A DNA stretch of 32,944 nt, taken from Octopus bimaculoides. Lineage: Eukaryota. The notes beneath the pieces are model-generated. The model was not told the origin of the DNA, made no database searches, and saw only the letters and a list, made by a program, of their open reading frames with translations. Position numbers and translations under genes: made by a program. Of the stretch, positions 1-9,229 are shown piece after piece (position 1 is the stretch's first letter; each line of letters opens with the position of its first letter). Where the stretch lies: the NCBI RefSeq assembly GCF_001194135.2, contig NC_068989.1, positions 60,385,164 through 60,418,107 of the forward strand, written 5' to 3'.

Positions 1-115
1 TATACACACTCACACACACTAATATAGTTGAAATTTATAGATAAACAAAAGACGAAGATAGGTGTATGGACACCAACCAAATATATTAGTTTGATGCTCG
101 GGAAAATTTTTAAAA

Positions 116-154
116 TCTTTCACGTTTCGAGCCTACGCTCTTCAACAGAAAAGA
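116..154 (-). ncRNA. Minimal type I hammerhead-ribozyme-like motif (Penelope-type), variant core, probably inactive copy
   Basis: Minus strand reads UCUUUU-CUGUUGA-A-GAGC-GUAG-GCUC-GAAA-CGU-G-AAAGA. Stem II is a perfect 4 bp (GAGC/GCUC) followed by GAAA and a palindromic ACGU stem III; stem I is UCUUU/AAAGA. It deviates from consensus at A6 (CUGUUGA vs CUGANGA) and at the cleavage triplet (GUG, not NUH). Confidence 0.5.
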
Positions 155-417
155 ATAAGAAGTAAACAGAGAATGAAAATATTTGTACATTTCAGCAGTC
201 GAACATGGCTAATGATTGGAAAAAATATCATTAGTTGTTTTGTGACGTATGTGTACGTCTGTTGTGTGGAGTAGTTGATGTGTGCTTTTTCACGTGGTGT
301 GTGCACATGTGTGTGTGTGTGCGTATGTGTGTGCCTATGATTAAAAGTGTGCACGTGTATGGTGCATATATGTGGGCGAAAGTTATGTTTGTCTATTATG
401 TTGCGTATAGCTTTATA

Positions 418-740
418 GGACTTAGTCTTTGTAATCCTAGTACTTATGCTATCGGTCTCTTTTACCGAACCTCTAAGTTACGGGGACGTAAATACAACGA
501 CGTCTGTTGTCAAGCAATGATGGGGTCGAACACAGACACACAAATACATACATACACACATACACACACAAACATATCTATATACAACGGGCTTCTTTCA
601 ATTTCCCTCTACCAAATCCACTCACAAGGTTTTGGTCGGCCCGAGGTTATAGTAGAAGACAGAAGGTGCCACGCAGTGGGATTGAACCCAGAACCATATT
701 GTTGAGAAGAACGCTTCTTACCACACAATCACTCCTGCGC
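418..740 (-). mobile_element. tRNA-derived SINE (family A), near full length with internal (TG)n/(TA)n
   Basis: Minus strand begins GCGCAGGAGTGATTGTGTGGTAAGAAGCG...GGGTTCAATCCCACTGCGTGGCACC (A-box and B-box-like), then an internal microsatellite and a 3' body (TTTACGTCCCCGTAACTTAGAGGTTCGGTAAAAGAGACCGATAGCATAAGTACTAGG) that is also present at ~11990-12060. Confidence 0.85.
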
Positions 741-827
741 TTAAGTGGAGATTGGAATGTAACAGCCGAGTATGATTTAATGGAAGAAATTAGAAGATCC
801 ATATATAATATGTAATATATAAATATG

Positions 828-864
<37 letters not shown>

Positions 865-924
865 NNNNNNNNNNNNNNNNNNNNNNNNNNNNNNNNNNNN
901 NNNNNNNNNNNNNNNNNNNNNNNN
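865..924. other. Assembly gap flanked by (TA)n and (CA)n
   Basis: Run of N. Confidence 1.
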
Positions 925-1979
925 ACACACACACACACACTACATATACATACACTTAAATGAGTGTGTGTGTGCGCGCAGGCATTTGTCGCCGTAACGG
1001 CAAACGGATGTCTTTCTAGGTATCCAGCAAATAATTGAAGTTATTTTCCCTTGTATTTCAGGAGTTTGTCCTTTGTCTATTGCAATTTCAATAAAATAAA
1101 TCTGAAGTAATGTATTATTCTCCGTATAATAGATTAAAGTATAGCTGCAGCCCTGTAGCTAGAATCAGCAAAGGGATAAAAGAAATAATAAAATATTTTA
1201 TTACATTGTGAATTTGATAGATACTTAATTGGTAAGTGAGCTTTAATTGATTGTTTTGAGATAACATTCACAATTGAAAATAAGTGAAAAAAATAAACAT
1301 TTTGCTTCAGCGAATAGATTGCAGGTACCATTTTATGATTTGTTTTTGATAAGTGCATTAACCAGTTTCATTTTGAATAGTAATCTATTTGACGCTTCAT
1401 GCTCTGTTAGTTCTCTTCTACCATGGTAACGGTTAGTTGTACTTTTAAAAATATCAATAGACATAATGAAAGTGACAAGGGGCTTGTTATTTTTAGTTGA
1501 ATGGACATCATTGCTCATAGGCGTGATCCTATCGATATATGTGTGCTTGTGTATAGTGAAAGACAAATTGTATATGAACGTGAAAGATATTATCATACTC
1601 AGATTCTGAGCAAATATCGTAAGGTTCATGGTAGGTATGAATTTTATGTTTGATTGGCTACGATGTCTGTTAGTGGAAACAGTTGAGAGAAGGGAAATGT
1701 TCGAAAATAAGTTTTATCTGATAGTTGCCATGCTGGTGAGTGCAGGAAACATTTAATTATGTAGTCAATGTAAGAGTGGTAATCCAAAAAATATACTAGA
1801 ATATTAGTAAGATACAAAGTTTGCATGGCAAAATGTGCGTGCCACAAGGAATAACATTAAGCACAATGTGAGGAAAAATTAAAAAGAAAAGATAGTGAGA
1901 AAATACACTCAAAGTGAAACATTCACTTAAAACTTATATAATTATGCTCATACCACAATAATTTGCTCTCGTAATTGTG

Positions 1980-2140
1980 TCTTCTATAAGCATTGAGATT
2001 CAGGGACAAGATAGTCGATGCAATGGACCCTAATAATTGACTGATACCCTGAAAGAATAAAATGCACAGTTGACCCAGGTAGCATTTGAACTCAGAATAT
2101 AAAGAGCCAGACCAACGACATTGAGTAGAAAATCTAGTTA
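1980..2140 (-). mobile_element. Diverged tRNA-derived SINE (family B)
   Basis: Shares TAGTCGAT..GACCC, TGAAAG..AAA..CA.AGTTGACC and GCATTTGAACTCAGAA blocks with the copies at 6086-6305 and 31263-31482. Confidence 0.6.
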
Positions 2141-2343
2141 AAGGAGATCCACAGATGACACCGAGAAAAACATACAAGTTGCACATGGCTTGATCATAAA
2201 CCTGCTCTACAGAAACGTTTACGCTCAGCCATATATTTGACATTAATAATGAGTCATACATCTATTTCTGTGTATACTAGTCAGTCTTAGTATTGCAAAG
2301 GGGGGAGAAATACGCATAAATGAAGAGGTTTAATAAACCGGAG

Positions 2344-2357
2344 TACACACACACACA

Positions 2358-2406
<49 letters not shown>

Positions 2407-2417
2407 ACACACACACA
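2344..2417. repeat. (CA)n microsatellite
   Basis: Direct reading. Confidence 0.95.
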
Positions 2418-4295
2418 TGTACATGTATATATTCTAAATGTGGCCGATTGTCATTAGATTGTGCCTGATTTTTGTTTGATTCTACCAGTTCGTAACCTGT
2501 GGTGACTAACGTCAGTGGCTGGGATTGATAGGATATTTAGCTCGATTTAGTCAGCAGTCACCTCTCTTGTTCCCGCCAAAAATTCCGAATGAAGTCAACA
2601 TTTTTATCAAAGTATACAGAAGGGCGTTAGCGTCCAGTGGTTCAAAATGAACGGACAGTGATTCTTCATTAGAAGATAAACACGCTTCGAAATATTATTA
2701 ACTAAAATTCTTGTAATTGCTTTAGGATGATTACTATTAAAGTTAATATCTTACAAATTATTGTTAGGTTTATGATATGGGCTATATTGGCCAGTAACAA
2801 GGTTCAGATTAACATCTAAGTAATTAACAGAAACATGTTCATTTACAATAGAAATAGATAAACCAAATCTTTTTTAAAAACTATGGAATTTTTTCATATA
2901 CAGATCCAATTTTCTATTTGATTGACTATAAGTCAAAAATAGCGCACTATCTGTATAGAGTCCACTTTTAATATCTGGAAATTCATTACTAAAATAAAAT
3001 AACATGTATATTCCTACTATATCCGTAACGTGGGCAGAATCAGCCTATCCCACGGTAATGTCAAAAACATCATTTATATATTTTTTAGCCTAGTACTTAT
3101 CAAATAAAATAATAGATTTTTGAACTTCCAAAATTACTTTAATTTCTTTAAAACCAAGGTTGGAGTTTTTTCTAGCAAATAAAAGAGTATTATTGAGCAC
3201 AATAGGATTAATAGAAGAATAATAGTTATTAATATGAATTTGTATAAATTTAATTCTATTTTTATTTTTTATTCTATCAAACCTGGATATTAGACCAAAG
3301 ATCAAGTTTTATTTTTTTGTTGAGTGTAGGTATATACTTATCTAGAATGATTTTTACTTAATCGACTCATGTCAGATCTACTTGAGTAAATTAATCTAAC
3401 TTTAGGGTTAGAAAAGAAGAATTTTTTGTGATCTTTTTAACTTATCCTAGAGGTCATAGACACAAAAGGCTCTGTTCTATCATCAAAATCATAATCACAC
3501 ATAATTTTCTTAGCTTCTAAGTTAATTGATCTTAAGATATTTTTATAAATTCATATCAATAAAAGTTTGCAGTTTTATCAGATTGCACAATAATTCCATT
3601 TTTACTTTTAAGATCACCATTATTATGTAAGAAATGGCGTGGTTTTATAATAATCGTAACTTTATACATTTGCTTAATATTGGCGTATTTGGTAGTAAAA
3701 TTTTGAGTGAATGAATTGTCTATTTAGAAATTTTTTATTGAATTTAGTGCCTGAATTAAATATATCAGTATTTATTTATTTTTTTTCGTCATAGTATATA
3801 GTAATTTTAAATAAAATATATTTCCTACTCCACCATAATTTTTTAATATTTTACACATTATATCGGTATAGATATTATATAATAAAATATCCAGTGATTA
3901 TTTTCGATTAATATTATGGGAGATCCATAAGAACATTTTATGACCGTTGTAAATTTTCTTTACTCAATTATTTTATCCATTTGAAATTTGTTTTTTTATT
4001 GTATTTATTATATATTTGTATTATTAACGCTCACACTTCTAAACATAGGTATTTTTTTAATCAGTCTATTTTGTATTTTACCAGTCTTTACATGAAAATT
4101 TTATCTGTTCTTTGAATAAATACTCTGAAGTGATTTATATACATAGGTATGAATTATTTATATAAATTAACTAGTGTATGGGAGTCGACACAAATTGTAG
4201 GCTTTATATTTGTTTTCGTAATTTATGTTATATATATCTTATGTTATATATATATTGTTATATATATTTTTATATTATATTATATTATATTATAT

Positions 4296-4338
<43 letters not shown>

Positions 4339-4581
4339 CGCGCGCGCGTGTATACAGTATAAGCAGGTAGCTACGTACCAATTTATTTCCTCTGATACGT
4401 AGTTTAAATGTTGCTTAGGCTCAATTAATTGGTTTATTAACCTATCATCATATTTGCATATTCTACTTCATTTATCTCTTCATGGTTTTTTCAAAGATTA
4501 TTTCCCCATTCTTCTCCAATAATTCATATATTACACCTCAACTAGCTTACAGCCTGTGCAATACCTGCTCAGTTGCAGCAC

Positions 4582-4587
4582 AATAAT

Positions 4588-4654
<67 letters not shown>
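4582..4654. repeat. (AAT)n microsatellite, 5' flank of the R4/Dong-type element
   Basis: Direct reading. Confidence 0.95.
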
Positions 4655-6026
4655 GAGGGAAAATCAAATGTATGCACGTGCTAACGATACCGTTGCGGGA
4701 GGTTATAAAGAAGAGACGGGCTATAAGTACTTGGAGATATTGGAAATGGATAAATTGATGGAGAAAGAAATGACAGAAAAATTTAAGGTAGAGTACTTGC
4801 ACAGACTAAGACTTATCCTTAAGTCGAAATTAAACGGACGGAATAAGATTGAAGCTATCAAAACCTGGGCGGTTTCACTCCTTAGATATGTAGCAAGAGT
4901 AATCACATGGACAGTAGACGAACTAAACAGCTTAGACAGAAATACAAGGAAGTTTCTGACTAGATATGGGATACTCCACCCCAAAAGTGACACAGACAGA
5001 GTGTATGTAGCAAGAAAAAGAGTGGGGAGAGGACTGACTGGATGCGAACACAGTATTAGAGCAGAGGAAAACAACATAGCATAATATGTAAAAAATACCA
5101 CTGAACCACTATTATTGGAAGTAAGAAGGTCAGGGTTGTCTAGGATGGAGGATTGCAAAGATAAAGCACTGTACAAGCATTTGAAAATGAATGAAACTGT
5201 AAATAAGTGGATAAAGGAAAGAATGCATGGACAATTTCATAGAGATGTTGAAGACAAAACAGGCAAAGAAAAAAAGATGGCTATGGATGACTAAAAGTGA
5301 TTTAAAACTGGAAACGGAGGTTCTAATCTGTGCTGCTCAAGAACAAGCATTAAGAACGAATTGCATGAAATACAGAATAGACAACACATTAGAAAGTGAT
5401 AAGTGCAGAATTTTGGGACAAAATGATGAAAGCGTGTGGCATATTACCTGTAAATGTACATCGCTAGCCCAGAAAACATATAAGAGACGTCGTGACAACA
5501 TAGCAAGGATTGTCCATTGGACTCTTTGCAACAAGTATGGACTTGACAGAGCAAAAAAAGTGGTACGAACATATTCCCGAAAATATCACTGAAAATGATA
5601 ATGCAAAGATCCTATGGGATTTTATGATTTAGTGTGATCATGAGCTAGAGAATTGGAAACCAGACATAGTGTTAATTGAGAAAGAAAGAAAACGGTGCTG
5701 GATCATAGATATAGCATGCCCAGCTGACAAGTTATGCGATAAGGAAGAAAGAAAAGTCGATAGATATGACAGGTTAGCTTGGGAGGCTAAGATGTTTTGG
5801 TCGCTGTAAAGGTGGTCGTAGTAGCAATAATTGTCGGAGCCCTGGCAAGAGTGAGTAAAAATCTTGAGAAGTAGATGGAATAGATAGGGGTTGCAATATG
5901 AGTGGAGCATTTGCAGCAAACAGCACTGCTTGGAAACGGTCGAATACTCCGGATACTGCTCGAAAAAAAAGGGGTGTTACCTTAGTTCACTGATAGTGAA
6001 CAGCTGACACCGTAGTATAAAATGCG
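4655..6026 (+). mobile_element. 5'-truncated R4/Dong-type non-LTR retrotransposon (RT C-terminus, CCHC knuckle, restriction-like endonuclease), inactivated by stops and frameshifts
   Basis: Translations across frames give YKYLE(G), KSKLNGRNKI.AI.TWAVSLLRY, LHPKSDTDRVY..RK..GRGL, RMHGQF, ETEVLICAAQEQALRTN, CRIL...ESVWHITCKC, KILWDF and KPDIVL..K..K.CWIIDIACP.D...KE..K..RY (PD-(D/E)xK). This is the domain order of RLE-bearing R4-clade elements. There is a stop at 5082-5084 and frameshifts near 5275 and 5560. Confidence 0.9.

Positions 6027-6084
<58 letters not shown>
6027..6084. repeat. (ATA)n microsatellite, 3' flank/tail of the LINE and 3' tail of the adjacent SINE
   Basis: Direct reading. 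Confidence 0.95.
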
Positions 6085-6085
<1 letters not shown>

Positions 6086-6305
6086 TGATAATCCTTTCTA
6101 CTATAGGTACAAGGTCGGTAGGACCAGAGATTTTAAGAGAAGTTCATGTTTATTATTTTGACGAGTACTTTATTTAATCCTTCGCTAAAGGTTAAAAGGC
6201 AAAGTTGACCTCAGCGGTATTTGAACTCAGAAAGTTAGAGGCCAGAAGAAATGCTACTAAGCAGCTTTTTCAGCATGATAGAAATTCTGTCCGCTGGTCA
6301 CCTTA
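6086..6305 (-). mobile_element. tRNA-derived SINE (family B)
   Basis: Minus strand has a B-box-like GAGTTCAAATAC, then GAGGTCAACTTTGCCTTTTAACCTT, and ends GTACCTATAGTAGAAAGGATTATC before (ATT)n. It is colinear with 31263-31482. Confidence 0.8.
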
Positions 6306-6400
6306 ACAACTACGACAACAACTAAGACGACGACGATGATGATGATGATGAGGATGATGATGATGATGATGATCACGACGATAACAACGACGACTACACT
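6306..6400. repeat. Compound (CAA)/(GAC)/(GAT)n triplet repeat
   Basis: Direct reading. Confidence 0.9.
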
Positions 6401-7619
6401 GACAAGACAGTTTGGAATGTGTTAGACAATTTTAGTCAAGTGAGTAAGAAATTGTAAGATTTTGTTCTGTATCACTAGAGAAAACCGGATATAGAAACAT
6501 GCTTACCCAGGAGGCGTTGCTAATTTTTGCTTTTTCATTTACTTCAATCGTTGTTTGTTGTTTCTTCAACTAAATGTACTACTTTAGATTTTGGATCAAG
6601 TAGCGTGATTTTTCTGTAAATATAAAAGAAAAAACACAAAACAGAAATGCTATGCTAGATATTGACGAAATTTTAATTTTAGATTTTTAACAAGATATGG
6701 GAATACAGATTATTAATTTTACGCAACATATTCCTGTGAAATATTGATTTGTAATTATTTTTCCTCCATGATATATATGTTACTTGATTCATAGATGAGC
6801 TATGAAACATTCAAATTTGCATCATTTGATCCAGTGAAAACCTGTTTGATATATACGGTGTTATTTAAAATCCTCAACGAATGAATCTATGAGAAACAGC
6901 TAAGTTTGTTACTACACTTGAATGAAACATGTCAGTTACGAAGTGTTTCTGAAATTTATATGAATCGACAGAAGTATCTAACGATTTTAGTGATAGTTAC
7001 TTGGATTAAACCATTTTCATGGAATATGGAGAAGCATTGCTTGGAAAGCCGGAAATGAACCTTTGAGAACTCGTTTGAAAAAAACTATATTTGATAAAGT
7101 AAGTTGCATATAGCAAAGTACGGATTTTCTATACCGAGCTCTACAGTATATAACAGCGATCGGTTGTATGAAAACTAGTAATTCAAAACCAAATAGTAGT
7201 TGATTCAAACAAGTTTTGATCATCAGGAATTCCACCTCGAGATAATGTTCAGCCCCAAAACTCACATTTAACGCGGATTAATTTATTTCATATGCAAACC
7301 AATAGACATGAAGTTACACTCTTAAACTATTATGACTTGAAAATCTAACTCAAGCATAATGATAAAAATGGTTAATGTCATTATTTGCTTGTTTTTCAAA
7401 TTCCCTAAAAATAAAAATATTGCAGCATATCTAGATAATACATTTCCTATGAAAGTGGAAATATGAAACCTGGATGACAAATAATCAACAAAGGGAGTCT
7501 AACCTTGTTCTGCATTTAGTTTATTACGCTTGAAAACATTCGCAGCTATTTTTATCCTTTTTATGTATGTATGTATGTATGTATGTATGTATATATATAT
7601 ATACATATATATATATATG

Positions 7620-7825
7620 TCCTTAAATGCAAAAGGCAACACAAATCTTTGAAAACATTATTAACCAATTCCAAACTACATACACCATTTCCACCCCCAT
7701 CAGTTAAAAAAATGTGCACGCCCTAATTGTGGAACCTGCCCCTACCTACTTGAAGGCTCTGAATTTACCTTCAAACGAGGAACAAGGTTTAAAATTAAAA
7801 CCAATTTCTCTTGTTCCTCGGGTAA
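7620..7825 (+). mobile_element. Penelope-like element fragment (RT-endonuclease linker with Cys motif), running into a gap
   Basis: Allowing one extra A in the run at 7706-7712, it reads LKCKRQHKSLKTLLTNSKL...PSVKKCARPNCGTCPYLLEGSEFTFKRGTRFKIKTNFSCSSG. This matches the RQPxNLxxLLxxxKL and Cx4Cx2C...FxC pattern that precedes the GIY-YIG domain in PLEs. GIY-YIG itself would lie in the gap. Confidence 0.7.
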
Positions 7826-8503
7826 NNNNNNNNNNNNNNNNNNNNNNNNNNNNNNNNNNNNNNNNNNNNNNNNNNNNNNNNNNNNNNNNNNNNNNNNNNN
7901 NNNNNNNNNNNNNNNNNNNNNNNNNNNNNNNNNNNNNNNNNNNNNNNNNNNNNNNNNNNNNNNNNNNNNNNNNNNNNNNNNNNNNNNNNNNNNNNNNNNN
8001 NNNNNNNNNNNNNNNNNNNNNNNNNNNNNNNNNNNNNNNNNNNNNNNNNNNNNNNNNNNNNNNNNNNNNNNNNNNNNNNNNNNNNNNNNNNNNNNNNNNN
8101 NNNNNNNNNNNNNNNNNNNNNNNNNNNNNNNNNNNNNNNNNNNNNNNNNNNNNNNNNNNNNNNNNNNNNNNNNNNNNNNNNNNNNNNNNNNNNNNNNNNN
8201 NNNNNNNNNNNNNNNNNNNNNNNNNNNNNNNNNNNNNNNNNNNNNNNNNNNNNNNNNNNNNNNNNNNNNNNNNNNNNNNNNNNNNNNNNNNNNNNNNNNN
8301 NNNNNNNNNNNNNNNNNNNNNNNNNNNNNNNNNNNNNNNNNNNNNNNNNNNNNNNNNNNNNNNNNNNNNNNNNNNNNNNNNNNNNNNNNNNNNNNNNNNN
8401 NNNNNNNNNNNNNNNNNNNNNNNNNNNNNNNNNNNNNNNNNNNNNNNNNNNNNNNNNNNNNNNNNNNNNNNNNNNNNNNNNNNNNNNNNNNNNNNNNNNN
8501 NNN
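7826..8503. other. Assembly gap
   Basis: Run of N. Confidence 1.
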
Positions 8504-8602
8504 ATAATGTATGGGTATATTTATTTTTTTATATATTATTGTTTTATATATTATTTTCTTCATTTTGTACTTCTTTGTAAAAAAACATTTTCATTCTCCT
8601 TC

Positions 8603-8643
8603 TTCTTGATAATTTGCTTCTTCGCAATGAAAACCGGTTAGAA
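8603..8643 (+). ncRNA. Decayed hammerhead-like motif at the putative 3' end of the PLE
   Basis: Reads TTCT-TGATAA-T-TTGC-ttcttc-GCAA-T-GAAA-ACCGGT-T-AGAA. Stem I (TTCT/AGAA), stem II (TTGC/GCAA) and a palindromic ACCGGT stem III are present, but the core is degenerate (C3 missing, G8 to A). Confidence 0.35.
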
Positions 8644-9099
8644 AAAATCTTTATTAAATGAAAAAAATCTTTATTAAATTATGCTTCCAGTTCAGCATTC
8701 TGGCTTTTTTTCATTTTCCTATATATATATATATATATATACACATATGTATGTTTGTGTGTGTGTGTGTATGTGTGTGTTCGCGCGTGTGGGCGTGTAT
8801 ATATACACATTTATATACGTATATATATATATATACAAATATATACATACATACACGATCAACATATAACAGATATCATTATAATAGTGTGTATGGGCGC
8901 ATGTGTACTTGTGTTCGATCCATATGCTCTTAATTTCTCTACGATCATCGCAGAGTTGTACTTTAAAGGCATTTACCCAGCACCGTTTGAAGTTTGGTAG
9001 TCCTTTCTCCATCTTTCGACATCATTCTGCATCGTGACTCAGGTATCGAGCAAGAACATAAATATGCATTTACAGGCATTTTTCTATGCGTCTGCCTGG

Positions 9100-9155
<56 letters not shown>
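9100..9155. repeat. (ATCT)n microsatellite
   Basis: Direct reading. Confidence 0.95.
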
Positions 9156-9157
<2 letters not shown>

Positions 9158-9196
9158 CACACATATATATGTACATGTATGTATATATATATATAT

Positions 9197-9229
9197 NNNN
9201 NNNNNNNNNNNNNNNNNNNNNNNNNNNNN
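9197..9229. other. Assembly gap
   Basis: Run of N between (TA)n and (CA)n. Confidence 1.

Noticed and set aside
142-955. Several ORFs rich in HT/YI/CV dipeptides
   Set aside because: They are translations of (CA)n/(TA)n microsatellites, SINE sequence and N gaps. The same applies to similar ORFs throughout the window.
3022-3056. GC-rich hairpin CGTGGG...CCCACG as a possible Helitron 3' end
   Set aside because: No CTRR terminus at the expected distance and no other Helitron evidence.
4721-5176. 151-aa minus-strand ORF and other ORFs antisense to TE coding regions (e.g. 14934-15260, 16278-16547, 27521-27949)
   Set aside because: Shadow frames of the LINE and Gypsy coding sequences.
7714-8580. 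288-aa and 273-aa ORFs
   Set aside because: They are almost entirely X from the gap. The real signal is a PLE fragment in a different frame.
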